In this document: positions 27,342 through 41,002 of the stretch, one piece after another
How the letters are laid out: every line of letters begins with the position of its first letter
How positions within the stretch are numbered: the stretch's first letter is position 1
Origin: Octopus vulgaris
Lineage: Eukaryota
Length of the DNA: 64,000 nt
Reading direction: 5' to 3'
NCBI GenBank assembly: GCA_951406725.2
Contig: OX597814.1
Location: 47,554,001 to 47,618,000 of the forward strand
The notes under the pieces: model-generated
The model's database searches: none
Told to the model about the DNA's origin: nothing
Seen by the model: only the letters and a program-made list of their open reading frames with translations
Program-made: the position numbers and the translations under genes

Positions 27342-28307
27342 CCAATATTTTATTATTTTACTCGTCAACAAAATTTTCTGCTGGTATTTCTGTCAAAGCT
27401 GAATTTGGTTCAGATAAATATTTATCTAAGTAACTTCCTAACATATTGGTTTCTTAACATCCCAGATCTAACTTATTTGTCGTTACTTCAGAGGAAAAAA
27501 TGCGACTTTGTTTCTTAATTTTATCATCCTCGCTTGTTTTATCATCACCTTGTTAATCAAATAGGTTTGATTCACATAGTGAAACTCGCTAATCAGTCCG
27601 GACGTATAAACTAACGAAAAAACCAGCCCGCCAAACAACCAGCCTGACAGCTAACTAAATAATTAGCCAGCAAGCCAACACGAAGATACTGTTTTACTTT
27701 AAACAACTACACGGACGACGAGCCGGTGCCGCCACCATTACAAACAATTCTATCGTTACCATCCTCCAAATACCGCCAATCAAACTAACAGTTGCCGTCG
27801 TCGCTTCACTACTTCTTTACCCCACCTCTCTCTTCTTTGCTTCCTCTCCTTCTTTCACTCTATCACCATAGTCAGCGACGCTTCCGCCAACATTAATATC
27901 TTTGATGCAGTGGAATTTGTTTGAAACCGATGCCGAAGCGGCTTGGTTCATATTACTTATGATGTGCTGATGATAATCTTTGTTGAAATTCAAGCGGGTC
28001 CCTCCGCGCCTTTGATTAATGTCGAAGCGGGTGGTTCAATCCTGCCTCTATTAGTAACACTATACGCACGTATTAACGCACGTGCATCGGACTTCATAAA
28101 AGAAGCTTTGATTTGGATTGTAACATTTAACATTGTTTAAACAACCATCCAGTAACGAATATCCTCGTTACCAGCCAATTTGAACTCGACGTCCTTTAGC
28201 TCGGAATACCAACTTGTATTCAGCTTATTGGTAGTTTGTTTGACTATACGATAGAAACTACACTAGCTTGGTACTATTGATTCCCCAAGGGCCTTTACTT
28301 CTGTCAT

Positions 28308-28488
28308 CTTTACTTAAGTCATTTGACTGCGGCCATGCTGGCGCACCACCTTTTGTCGAGCAAATCGACCCCATGCCTTATTCTTCGTAAGCCTAGTACT
28401 TATTCTATCGATCGCTTTTTTGCCGAACCGCTAAGTTATGGGACGTAAACACACCAGCATCGGATGCCAAGCGATGTTGGGGGAGGGA

Positions 28489-28528
<40 letters not shown>

Positions 28529-28689
28529 ACGGGCGTTTTCATTTTCCGTCTACCAAATCCACTCCACAAGACTTTGGTCGGCCTGAGGCTATAGTGGAAG
28601 ACACTTGCCCAAAGTGCCATGCAGTGGGACTGAACCCGGAACCATGTGGATGGTAAGCAAGCTACCTACCACACAGCCACTTCTGCGCC
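28308..28689 (-). mobile_element. SINE family A
   Basis: Near-consensus reverse complement. Confidence 0.92.
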
Positions 28690-28724
28690 TATTCATTCTT
28701 TATATGCACTTCAACAGATATTCT

Positions 28725-29875
28725 TATATTGGTTTCAAATGTTGGTACGTGAGTAAGGAGCAAGTTGATTACATTGACTCCAGTAATCAACTGGTACTTG
28801 TTTTATCGATCCAAAAGGATGAACGGCAGAATTTGAACTATAAACATAGAGGCTGATGAACTGCCGCCAAGCATTTTGTCAGCTCAACGCCTTAACAGAA
28901 ATTCTTATAATAACGTGAGTAGCGTATACGGTGACCGGTAATAAAGTCACAATTTATGGTGGCCTGTAATAAAGTCACACGAAAAAAGTCCCAATTAATT
29001 TATGGGATCCGGACAAAACCCCCCTAGGACAAAACCTCCTCGGATACCCCCCGAGACAAAACACCTGTGGCTTTTTTTTTTTACTTGGATTCGTGTATAC
29101 ATACACACATACAGAGGTTTGAACTAGTAAAAGTTTGTGCACGTGTAAGTTTCGAATTTTGGTAGGTAAGCAATTTTGACGGGAGATGGCTACATTGACA
29201 CGAATTCATTAGCTTATTTTATCAAACTCGAGAGGATGAACGGCAAAGTCGAACTTGGCAGCATTTGAACTCAGAACATACCAAACCTGAAGAAATGCAG
29301 CTTAGCATTTTCCCGATGCGCCAACCTTTCTGCCACCTCACCGCTTTCTATATTTATGCTTTCAAATTTTGGAACACGATCACCAATTTTAGTGGGAGGA
29401 GATCAGACCGATGTATGTATTGAGGTCAATTATATTAACCCCAGTATAAAATGCTAATCAAGACCTGGGTTCGATTATAATCGAGTCTTGTACTTGACTG
29501 GTGTTTTATCTTATTTCTTTATTGCTCACATGGGGCTAAACATAGAGGGGACAAACAAGGACAGACAAAGGGACTAAGTCGATTAGATCGACCCCAGTGC
29601 GTATCTGGTACTTAATTTATCGACCCCGAAAGGATGAAAGGTAAAGTCAACCTCGGCGACTCAGAACGTAGCAGCGGACGAAATACAGCTACGCATTTCG
29701 CCCGGCGTGCTAACGTTTCTGCCAGCTCGCCGCCTTTTATCTTATTTATCTTATCGACCGCAGAGGGATGAAAGTCAAAAATGACTCTGCCGGAATTTGA
29801 AGTCAGAACGCAATGCAGCTGAAGAAGTTCCGTAAAGCATGTTGTCCGACACTCTAATGATTCTACCAAGTTCCT
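28725..29875 (-). mobile_element. Cluster of SINE family B copies (old and young)
   Basis: Diverged copies at ~28725-28895, ~29150-29345 and ~29355-29875. A young copy at 29512-29736 is inserted in the last one, with a TTTTATCTTATTT duplication. Confidence 0.8.
28930..29066 (+). repeat. Short subterminal-type tandem motifs (probable DNA-transposon end)
   Basis: TAATAAAGTCACA x2, AAAAAAGTCCCA, and GACAAAAC(C/A)C x3. Confidence 0.4.
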
Positions 29876-30612
29876 CCCCGGGCTCACATACATATTTTTT
29901 TTTTTTTTTTGCCTTACATCTTTCTCTCTTTACATACACTCGGATTCAGTATCTTATAGAATTATATGACTGTCCGCATGTTGCGTTTATAAGCAGTGGA
30001 ATGGTACATTGAATAATCGATAAAATTGCATGTAATGAAGATTCTAAAAAAAACAGAATAATTCTAAATAATTCCATTAAAAACTAGAAACGAAAAACAA
30101 TGCCATTTATGTGTGTGTGTGTGCGCGTGCGAAGGAGAGAGAGTCTATATATACATTAATCAGGGAGTTGATGACGGGATTTATATGTTTGATATACTTG
30201 TTTGTGAATATCTTCTATCTCGAGGTTTCGTTATTCTGAGTTGTACATTCGTGTGATGCTGAATATGTTTTAGGGTTCATGCTTCAGGGTGCTTACATAT
30301 AATTGACATTGCATGATTGTCTTCATTGATAAGCCTTATTATGCTAGGGTAATACTTGATGATATCTAGTTTTCGGACGTTTTACGTATCAGGTATATAA
30401 AACGTAAATGCGAATTTGCAACAATACCTAGATTACATATTCCACGGTTACCTACCCCCCAAAAAAACAAAACAAAAACACATACACACAGACACACACG
30501 CTCGTAAGCATGTACACACACTCACACGATATGATAAACACAATATCTTGTTTATATAAGAAATACTAAATTTCTAAATCTCTCGTAGAGACATGTACGG
30601 TGGTGGGGCGAT

Positions 30613-30896
30613 AGAATGGTTGTATACTGTCAATCTAACACGAACGTGACCGAGAGTACACCACCGCCGTATAGCCCTAGGAAGCATCGATGCCTCCTGA
30701 TGGCTTTGACACATTTTTCCCTGTGTCCTTATATACATTTACGAAGGAGAGACAAACACCTTCGTAAATATATATAAGGACACAGGGAAAAATGTGTCAA
30801 AGCCATCAGGAGGCGTCGATGCTTCCTAGGGCTATACAGCGGTGGTGTACCCCCTACCGTTACGTTCGTGTTAGATTGACAGTATACAACCATTCT
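30613..30896. repeat. Long DNA palindrome (~135-bp arms, 11-nt spacer)
   Basis: 30613-30747 is the reverse complement of 30759-30896, apart from a few substitutions and one short divergent patch. Confidence 0.97.
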
Positions 30897-30911
30897 TGTT
30901 TAATAATTTGC

Positions 30912-31008
30912 TTCCTACGTACGTTTCACCGTTGTTGTTATTTGCATCCTCTCCAGCCAGTGTTCTAACTGCAGTTGGATGCTGAATCACGGTAGTTCGT
31001 CATGGGAA
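30912..31008 (-). ncRNA. Hammerhead motif with extended stem II, adjacent to the palindrome
   Basis: Reverse complement: TTCC C(A)TGACGA ACT ACCGT...GCATCC...GGATGC...ACGGT GAAAC-GTAC-GTA GGAA. There is one extra base in the core. Confidence 0.7.
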
Positions 31009-31144
31009 CTGGAAGTAGACTCTACGTAAAGCTCTAAACTCGCCAGTAGCATTCGTATATCTAACTGTTCACACAAGAAAATGCCATGTATATGTATGTA
31101 TGTGTGTGTGCACGCGTGTGTATGTGCGTGTATGTGTGTGCGTA

Positions 31145-31213
<69 letters not shown>

Positions 31214-31579
31214 ACGCACTCACACACACATCACATATTTGTACCCTCATGCACATAGTAGAGACTATACTAACATAATACATACTACAACTGAGACGTT
31301 TTCTCTGTCTGTCAACTTCGCTGTGAAGATATCGGTAACCCAGTTTCCCGTTCATTTGTTTCCTTGCGTTTCTATACTTCCGCTACCAATGTTTTGTTTA
31401 TATTTTCCCTCCTCGCCGTTATAAAAGCGCAGCACAAACAAACAAAACAAAACAAAACAAAATCTGAAAAATATAAAATGAAGAAAAAAGTATTTTAAAC
31501 AAAATATTCGGACCTTTGATAAGATCACTATCTGGAAGATGAATGATATTAATGAACGGAAATTTTTTTTTTTTTCTCA

Positions 31580-31833
31580 TTCAAAATGAAAATAAAAAAT
31601 CGAAGGAGAAAAAAGAAGGAATGAACGGGAAAAAAAAAAAAGGAATATAATCAGAAAAAAAGATAGAAAAATAAAGGGGGAAAGAAGGTTGAGTAGAGAA
31701 AAAAATTGAGGGATGGAATAGTTTGTCAGCGAGTCATGGTAAGATAGCAGAAGAGTAAGAGGGTATATGGCGGGCACAGAAAGAACGAAATAGAATGTGG
31801 GGCACACAGAATGAAAAAGAATGAGAGAGAGAG

Positions 31834-31909
<76 letters not shown>

Positions 31910-32360
31910 ATAGGGGGTGAAGGAAAGGAAATGAGGAACAGATAGAGACGTATTCATACTAAGCATGAATGAAAATAGGTAGGGTATTTTATAGTGAGCA
32001 AAGGGAAAAAAAACGGGAGTGAACTAAATAGAAAGTCAGGCAGGAATAGAAGGGAAATTGTATGAAAGAGAAAGAAAATATAAAAATTGAGGATTGGGAA
32101 GACGGAAAGAAGAGACGATAGAGAAAGGCGGAGAAAATAAATAAATAAAGTAGCAAAACATAAGCAAAGAAAAGAATGAAAAAAAGAAAGGAAAATAGAG
32201 AAAGGGGTGGTTAGAGAAGACTGAGAATCAAATGTGAGGAAAGGAATGTATGAAAAGAAAAGATAAAAGGCGAGAGACGAGATAGAAGGGAAAGGGAATA
32301 GAAGCAAGGTGAGAAGAAACCGAAACTGAAAACAGATGAGATGAAGGAGGAACAAAAGAG
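31580..32360 (+). repeat. Purine-rich low-complexity tract including (GATA)n and (GA)n
   Basis: About 780 bp dominated by A and G on the + strand. Confidence 0.85.
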
Positions 32361-33902
32361 GTGTGTGTGTGTGTGTGTGTGTGTGTGTATTTACACACAT
32401 ACAAGGCACGCATATTAATTTGCTTGATGGTAGCATCAGTTTCGCCAGTGGTAGCTTACCGAATTCTATCAGTTGCCTTACACCACAAATCTCCGGAGTC
32501 ACTGTCAACAAAATTTTAACATTCGATTTTATTGAACCCTTTAAGGCGGAGATCTATAAAAAATCTGTAATAACTGAATTAGACTTATTATTTCGGTTCT
32601 CTGTCGATCTGCCCCGTCAGCGAGATCATAAGGATTGATTGAAGTCGAATTTTGCGCTTAATATAAAGGTTTTCATTCGAAAAAATAAAATCTGCGTAGT
32701 AGCTGGAAAAAAATTAACGGCGTGTATAAAGATTTCAAATGTTTTCAAATGATTTTTGTGTTAAGTGAGACGAGATATTATCAAAATCATCTGATACTGA
32801 AAGGCTGCCAATGTTCTCTGCCACGTTAGTATCACATAGCTTGGAAAAGCTGCTAAAATGGAAAGCAGTGGCTGTACCGAGAGAGGTGGAAGAAAGAAAA
32901 TATTAAGAGAGGTGACTCAGATAAATTGATGAATGGTTGAGTGAGTGAGTGAGTGAGTGAGTAAGTGAGCGAGTGAATTAAAGAGTGAGTGAGTGAGTGA
33001 GTGAGTGAGTGAGTGAGAGACACTTTGCGAGAAAGAGAGAGAAAGAGAGATAGAAAGGGAAAGAGAGAAATACAATAAGTGAAATATGTAATATCAGTTC
33101 CATTCTCACTTCTATTCCGGTTACATTGAGATCTCTCGATTTCTATGAATGAGAATGCTGTACATATTTATTTTTAAAGGTGTTCTCCATTAGCCTTATT
33201 TTGTTTTTTTTTTCTATACCATACTTATCCAAGCATAAGCTATTGAAATTGCATGATGGTCTTTGGTTCTAATGCATTTCTATTTATCAAACCACTGTAC
33301 AATGCTTCTGTTAATTAATACTAAATATATAAACATATACGATGAGCAACTGCACAGTTTATCAACCACGTATTCAGCTCATAAGGTATGGTAGAGGACA
33401 CTTGTGTAAAAGCTGCTCTCAGGAAAAAACTTGGTGCGACTTGTTTCGAAGCTATGTTCCTATTAGAGAATTTGTGATCTGAAGGTTAATAGGGAAGTTT
33501 AAATTCTTTTGTCTTTTTCTCCATAGGTTATCCTTGTTCGAACATATTCAATGGGCAAAAATATTCTAGACTTCATAATTCCCGTCTTCTTTTATGATAT
33601 CGCCTTATCCCAGTTTACCGTTTAAAATGATAAGGTATGATTTGCGAGATTTTTAGCTGCCGTTTCTGACAAGTTGAGCAACCACATAGAGATTCCTCAC
33701 AGGCCCGAGTCTTTTTATTAGTATTATTGTTATGAAGGCTTTGTTCTCTATTTATTGTTATTTCTCTTTGAACTGCTTTTTTACTAATACGTTGTTGTTC
33801 AAAGAATATATACAGAAAAACACAAAAGATGGACAAGCACATATATATCAATTATTGGGATATATGTATATAGATGTGTATGTCTGTGTGTGTATTTGTT
33901 TG

Positions 33903-33978
<76 letters not shown>

Positions 33979-34094
33979 TAGAAAGGCGATAAATAAAAAT
34001 ACACAAAGTAACAAACACGCACGCGCACACATGCTTGTAGATACACAAAAACACATATGTTGACGCATGCATAGACACATACATATACGCACAT

Positions 34095-35894
34095 CATTCG
34101 CGGATCTACAATATTGGGGCTCAGAAGTTTAAAATGTTATAGGGGTCTCCTTTACAACCTGCAACAGTAGGGTAACATCCAAGGGTCAAAAAATTTTCGT
34201 GCCCTTGCAAGGTACTCCAGCTTGAGGTTCTGATAGCCCAAATGGTGGAGTTGTGACATGGAGTCCTTAAAAATGAGTCTGAAAGTGAGCCCTCTTTCCA
34301 CTAGAAACGAGGTGTGGGTAATTACCGATATCTTTGTCGATGTGATTGTTCCATGGCAGATCACTGCAAATATTTTCCAGGCTATACCATATAATTTTAG
34401 AGTTATGGGGGTTGAAAATTAGGGAAGCGTTATATACATGTATGATGCATCATTAAGATACATGTGAAAATTACAAAATACTCTTTTTTCTGTTTTTTGT
34501 TGCAACAGTTTTGTCATATGACAGCTTCCTTGCAATATCATTTTCTAGAGACAATATACATAAGGAATTTCAGCGCTCTTCAGTCATGGTAGACCGAAAT
34601 TCATTCTTTACAAAGGAAAGCTTTAAGGAACTCCTTTCTGCTTCACAGCTCGTGATAGGCATTGTCAAGTACGGCTTATATTGTCAAGTGCAGTGGTAAT
34701 GTTAGGGGACACTTCAATTAACTGTTGCTCATGAATAAGCTGAAGAGCTGGGGTGTTTTCTTCTGTATTCTGGGATTTCCTAAGGTGTAAATACTCTTTG
34801 AACAGATAACACTCATTTATTAATTTGTAGTAAATATCGCCTTTGTAATGCAATATAATAAGTTTGATACTGTTCTCATCAAATTCTGAATTGTTCATCA
34901 ATTCTGAGAGAAACTTGAACATTTTCGCAATCTGCTCATATGGGTCCATCCTCTTGCTTAACTAGATTATCAAGCAGTCATAGACTTAATTTAGAACTTC
35001 TATCCTAAATTTTTCTGCCCCTTTCAAAGAAGCCGTATCACTTGTTCTATCTGCAAATTTCTTTGTAACAATGTGTTTGAAAACAGAATGATTTGAGGTG
35101 ATATATTCACATAGACCTTTTTGCTACTGATTTATAGTGTGCAATCGTGTCGGCTGAATTTTCTCGTAGTTCTTTAACAAACGAAAGCAAAGATGCTAGC
35201 AGAAGGTAACCTTCAAATATATCAGAACCAGGGGTTTGGAGTTTCTTACTTGTTTTGTTAAAACACTCTGTAACTTCTTCCCAAAGACTGTTAAAACAGC
35301 TTATTCCAATTTTACCAACTTGTGGTATAAATTCTTTGCATCTCGCTTACATTCAGGCTTCTCTTTTGAGGCTTCAAACATACGTTTGAGAGTTTGTAAA
35401 TATCCCTATATTCATTTTAATTGCCCAGACTGCTTCATAGTGTGCAGACAATCTAGTTACACTTAAGATTGCCCTATGTATTCAAAATTGGTCATTAAAT
35501 AATGGTGTGAAACTAAGAATTCTTATCTCTACCGTGCTGATGTAGTAGCAGACATATTTGACAATGGAAGGGGCAGGGCCGAAGTTTCCAAAATAATTCA
35601 AGTAAAGCGAATTATCTGCGAGTCGTTTCTGCTTATATTTTTTATGCTACTCCACACGGGCAGAAACGTCGGAAACAACTCGTGGCTAGACACTGCGTGT
35701 CTAGACTCTGCGTGTCTAGACTCTGCGTAGGAGTATGATATGATGTCCACTAGATGTCCACTAGAACTGGTAACAGCAATCAATCTGCGTGGCAAAATAC
35801 AAAAACAAAAACATTGACAGAATGAAAAATGAAGTTGCTTCAAAGGGGGCCCTGAAGCATAAGCTTCATTAGCTTTATGGTAGATCCGCCACTG
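34095..35894 (-). mobile_element. hAT transposon, internally deleted, with transposase remnant
   Basis: Perfect 8-bp TSD ACGCACAT at 34087-34094 and 35895-35902. TIR CAGTGGCGGATCTA (12/14 match at the other end). Confidence 0.95.
34480..35420 (-). pseudogene. hAT transposase C-terminal remnant (dimerisation domain)
   Basis: Minus-strand translation: EVSPNITTAL / YLTMPITSCEAERSSLKLSFVKNEFRSTMTEER*NSLCILSLENDIARKLSYD. Confidence 0.9.
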
Positions 35895-36284
35895 ACGCAC
35901 ATACATATATAGACAGTACAAGAGAGAAAGCAGAAGATAACGTCGAAGATAGATTGAGACTATGTAACAATAACGATACTAACTAGAAGAAAAAAAAACA
36001 AAGAGCAAAAAGAATATACGACAGAAATATAGAATAAATAAAACACTATTCTAAAATTGTTTAATTTCTTTTAGTTTACTCTAGCCTACGGAGCCAAGAC
36101 CATACTGGAGTATTGACTTAATAGAGAAATTAAGTTCAATTGATAAAGGAAATCATTGGTAGATAAAGAGTAATATTTTATAAATATCCGAAAGTTAAAC
36201 GAAATGAGAAATTAATGAAAGAAATTAGGGTGGAAGTATGAAGATAAGGAAAAAATAAATAAATAAAGATAATAGTAAAAATAC

Positions 36285-36700
36285 TGGGCATGGCTGTATG
36301 GTAAAGAAGCTTACCTTACAACCACGTGGTTCGGGGTTCAGTCACACTGTATAGCTCCGTCTTCTACTATAGTCACGGACCGACCAATGCCTTGTAAATA
36401 AATTTGATAGTCGGAAACTGTGTGAAACCTGTGGAAGCAGAAAAGTTATGAGTCATTACTTGTCTGAAGATCTTGTGCACTCACAGGTGCCCTTGTGTTT
36501 GTGTATTCCTCTCCCCACCGCTTGACAACCGATGTTGGATTTTTTCAGATCCATGTAGTAGAGAGGGGTCCGGCAGAAGAGATCGACTGAGTAATTACCA
36601 AACTTAAAATTAAGTACTGGGGGTAATTTGTTCGTCCACATTCTTTAACTTTAAGGTGGTGCCCCAGCATGGTCACAGCACAATGAATGAAACAGGTAAA
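36285..36700 (+). mobile_element. SINE family A, diverged
   Basis: TGGCTGTATGGTAAAG head, GGTTCAGTCAC B-box and family tail. Confidence 0.82.
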
Positions 36701-36883
36701 TGATAACGATGAGCACTTTCGCAGGCAAGAAATTTTTAAAAAATCTTTTCGAGCTTAATAATTTTCAGAAAATTTGCAAAAGACAAGTGATTAAATCATC
36801 CAATAAAAACAAACTAAACATAACAGTTAGCTTAACAATTTTATGTCATAATACAATATCATTGAAAAAAAAATCAATCAATA

Positions 36884-37054
36884 GGCGCAGGGGTGGCTGT
36901 GTGATAAGTAGCTTGCTAACCAACCACATGGTTCCGTGTTCAGTCCCACTGCGTGGCATCTTGGGCAAGTGTCTTCTGCTATAGCCCCGGGCCGACCAAT
37001 GCCTTGTGAGTGGATTTGGTAGACGGAAACTGAAAGAAGCCTGTCGTATATATG

Positions 37055-37099
<45 letters not shown>

Positions 37100-37317
37100 T
37101 TGTGTGTCTGTGTTTGTCCCCCTAGCATTGCTTGACAACCGATGCGGGTTAGTTTACGTCCCCGTCACTTAGCGGTTCGGCAAAAGAGACCGATAGAATA
37201 AGTACTGGGCTTACAATGAATAAGTCCCGGGGTTGATTTGCTCGACTAAAGGCGGTGCTCCAGCATAGCCGCAGTCAAATGACTGAAACAAGTAAAAGAG
37301 TAAAAGAGTAAAGAGTA
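36884..37317 (+). mobile_element. SINE family A, best-preserved copy
   Basis: GGCGCAGGGGTGGCTGTGTGATAAG...GTTCAGTCCC...CTTGGGCAAGT (CORE-like motif)...(TA)(TG)n...GACTGAAACAAGT(AAAAGAGT)n. Confidence 0.95.
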
Positions 37318-38588
37318 ACTCATTTTTAATTATGATATTTTGCAAAACAGCCTTTACGCTACATATCCAGACCGTCATTGTTACCGTCGGACTCCTCTGA
37401 GATATAAAGCATTTTGCCGACAATGAATGCAAGTCACACTTTGCAAACAGCGTGAACCACTGGGTGCCTTCATGTTCTTTCTGAGTATTTAATCCTATAA
37501 ATATACCCTTCTACACATATGTCATAATAACACGTAAATCATAGGAACTCCGCAGCAATGCATGCAGTGACACCTTCTCGTAATGCTCCGACACGTTAAC
37601 ATTCAATATTCAACGATCAGCTAATAGGAGAATGCCTTGCATTGAGCCAAGGCAAAAACGACTAAAATGTCGCTGTGCCCATTTACCGTTAGCGACCAAA
37701 ATGTTGTTTTATCCGCAGAAGGGTTAATACATATATCATTCAACTAAATCCTTCAGTACTCTTCGTATCCTTGGGATCGTGTTGCTGTAACACAAATAAA
37801 CATCTCAGACAAACCGATCATTCGGACGATTGGCAAAGAATCAATCACCAACGGGCTTGACTCCAACTATTAGCTTACATATGCTCTGGTATCTTCTGAA
37901 GAAGAAAAACTGCGTATACTGTTTCTTCTTTCTGCGTCTTTTATTACTAATATAATGGCCTTAGCTCAACAGAATTACCTTATCACATATCCTTTCTACC
38001 CATGCCAATTCTGTTCCCAGTTCTTTTTTCATCTCAGCAACATTATTGTGCATATTACATTTACATATATACATCCAGACAGGCATGCGTATATGCAAAA
38101 AGAAACAAAACAAAACAAGACTGAAAAAAAAAAAAACTCCCAAGAGTTTAAGAGTTAAACAGTTATCAATCTACTGAAGTTAAACCAGTGAAGAAAAATC
38201 ACTGACTTTAAACCAAATACATTGGGGAGCTGCATGGTTCTAACTTTTCAGAGAAAACTGAGATTGCGTGTAATATTTTTTCATTTTGCATGCAATGCTA
38301 AATTCTATTTGTTGAGAAAGAAAGAACGAGCGAAGGAAAAAAAGAAGTGGTTGAAGAAATTGATAATAGTCGGATAAATATGCACCATTTCGAGGACAAG
38401 TAAAAAGAAACTTTGTAGTATATAAAGACAATAAGGATAACGAAAAAGAAAAATGAGGGAAAACATTTAAGACCAGCATTAACTACAAAGTATTAAGAGA
38501 AGCCCCCACCCAGTAGTAAAACATGGAAGTATGCAAAAATGAACCTAAGAAAATAGGCAAATAGCTTCTCACGACAGAAAAAGGTTAC

Positions 38589-38674
<86 letters not shown>

Positions 38675-38693
38675 GCACGCATGCATGCATGCA

Positions 38694-38727
<34 letters not shown>

Positions 38728-39147
38728 CATACATCACAGAACACTATATATATACATACACACGCACATAAATATGTGTGTTGGATGAAAAGGAAATTGT
38801 AAAGCAGATTACAGTGAAGGTATATATTACGATGAAATGAGAGACATGAATGATTGACTATAAACAATGTTTTGGCAGTTGTCAATTGTGGATCTATTCT
38901 TCTGTCGTCATGTAAAACATGAAAAGTTCGATAACGATTTCTTAGCGATAGTATAAGAAAAATAAAGAAAAATACACTCACTGCAAAAGTTGTTTTGGTT
39001 AAGCATAGAAGATGGAATGAGAGAACATCTCTTTTATGAAAGGCAGTACATTTATTTTTATGAATAAAAGTCTTAGTAAGATTGATATAGTTAATTTCGA
39101 GGTTTAACATTGCAGGTTAGAGTAATAAAGAAGCATAGGGCAATTGT

Positions 39148-39312
39148 CAAGGTCGGCTCAAGGTACAGGCAACTCGGACAGTCGCCTGGGGCGCTATGTG
39201 CAAGGGGGTACCGTGGAGGGCTTGACAAAGACAAGAAAATTTCCACGACCGTCAGTTTGTACACACCGAAGTTCAGCCTGTCTGGGGCGCCAGCAAACCT
39301 AGGGCCGGCCTG
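39148..39312. mobile_element. Short hAT-like MITE
   Basis: Ends CAAGGTCGGCTCAAGG / CCTAGGGCCGGCCTG with internal GGGGCGC motifs; no TSD visible. Confidence 0.55.
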
Positions 39313-39619
39313 CGACAAAATTTTTTTCCCATGAGAGTTCTGGACCCCGGTTATGAACTCATTTGCATACAGCCAATCAGAGCTCAACTATCAAACTAAA
39401 GTCCACCTAGTCACGAAAATATTCTGGTTGAGTTCTGTGGAAAATGTGCGTTATAGCAAAATCTGTTCTAAACGGATTAATAGGGGTGACAAATGTGAAA
39501 TTTAGTGTATAAGGTTAATGGAGAGTTGCTTACTGATGATGCCATAAGTGTTGCCAATCTGAGTAATTTACTAGAAAATGTAAATGAGTGTAGTTTCCTA
39601 ATTTTTTGCCTGATTTTGT

Positions 39620-39841
39620 ACAATCAAAGGAGAGGGGCTTTCTCCGTCCGGGTTGCGGATCCGTGGAATAAGCTGCCGGACGAGATAGTGAAGATGCCGA
39701 CAACAGCTCGGTTCAAAGTCTCTCTTGACTAGAAATGGCCTGAACTCATTGTATGACCACCCTCCCTGTACATAGCTCCCTGTCCCCCCTACATGGCCTT
39801 GCTTTTGCTTTTTGAGCCTATAAAAATTGAATTGAATTGAG
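39620..39841 (+). mobile_element. CR1-clade LINE 3' end
   Basis: RRGAFSVRVADPWNKLPDEIVKMPTTARFKVSLD matches the CR1 ORF2 terminus; (AATTG)n tail. Confidence 0.9.
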
Positions 39842-40859
39842 AAAAAAAATCCTAATTTAAAATATTGGTATTGATCTGGAAACATCGTAATCAATATGGC
39901 GTTGTGTCGTATTGCGCCCTCCTTGCATATATCAATGGGTACATGCAGTACCACTAATCTCAGTCTGTGCATAGGTACCTAATGTTAGCTCCATATAGAG
40001 ATGGTGCTTAACTGATCTATAAGGATAGTGGTGGGGGGAATGTGGTGCCTATGTGAGACCTGCTATGCTGTATTCACAGAGTGACATACACACCATTCTA
40101 TGCCTGACTGGCTGTACTGTAGTAGTACACAATATGTGGATTTTAAGGTGAGCTCTGATTGGCTGTATGTAAATAAGTTCATTACTGGGCGCCAGAACTC
40201 TCGTAGGAAAAAAAATTCGCGGGAAAGGCTGTGGTCTAATGAGAAACTGTAAGAAAGTATTCTTACATGACTTGGGTGAAAACCGAGTACGAATGACGAG
40301 AAGTAGAGATGTAAAGTATATACATATTAATCTATTGGAAGTAGAATTCAAAAGAAAATTCTGATAATCCATTGTAATATTAGCAGTAAAACAGAAGAAA
40401 AATTTGAGGAGAACAAATGATTTTAGCGTGCTTTGACCAACTTATTTGTACTTAAATATGTGGTCAGTTCCACTGAAATATACAATTAAATATTCGACTG
40501 ATATCATATATGTATATATAAGTCAGTGAGGGAGGCCCCTACATATTAACTTGACTTGATAGAAATAGCAGCCTTTGTTCGGTGTCGATTCATCTAAAAA
40601 TTATTTAATTTCTGTCTCGACTTCCCTCCGGCTGTAAACACTACACAAAAGTGAACCGAGTATGGTTTTAATATGATATACGGTAATTTTGTTTTTAAGG
40701 AACATTTTATAAAGCAAGTTAATTTCTTTAGTGCAGTAAGCACGTGTTAAGCTGATTGTTAGTTCGTGTACACAATAAATAACAGGGATGAGGTGATTTG
40801 GCGCGGCTGTTTGGACGCTAACAATTTGGCACGGGAGGCAAGGACACATTCACTCATAC

Positions 40860-40868
40860 ACACGCGCA

Positions 40869-40926
<58 letters not shown>

Positions 40927-40968
40927 ACATAGCCACACGCATGCGTGCGTGCACAGATATATATATAT

Positions 40969-41002
<34 letters not shown>

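Noticed and set aside
32363-32638. 91-aa ORF with protein-like composition
   Set aside because: It starts inside a (TG)n tract, with no recognisable motif or convincing splice sites.
37506-37727. Possible piggyBac-like MITE ending AGAAGGGTTAA
   Set aside because: The left end matches only partly and lacks TTAA.
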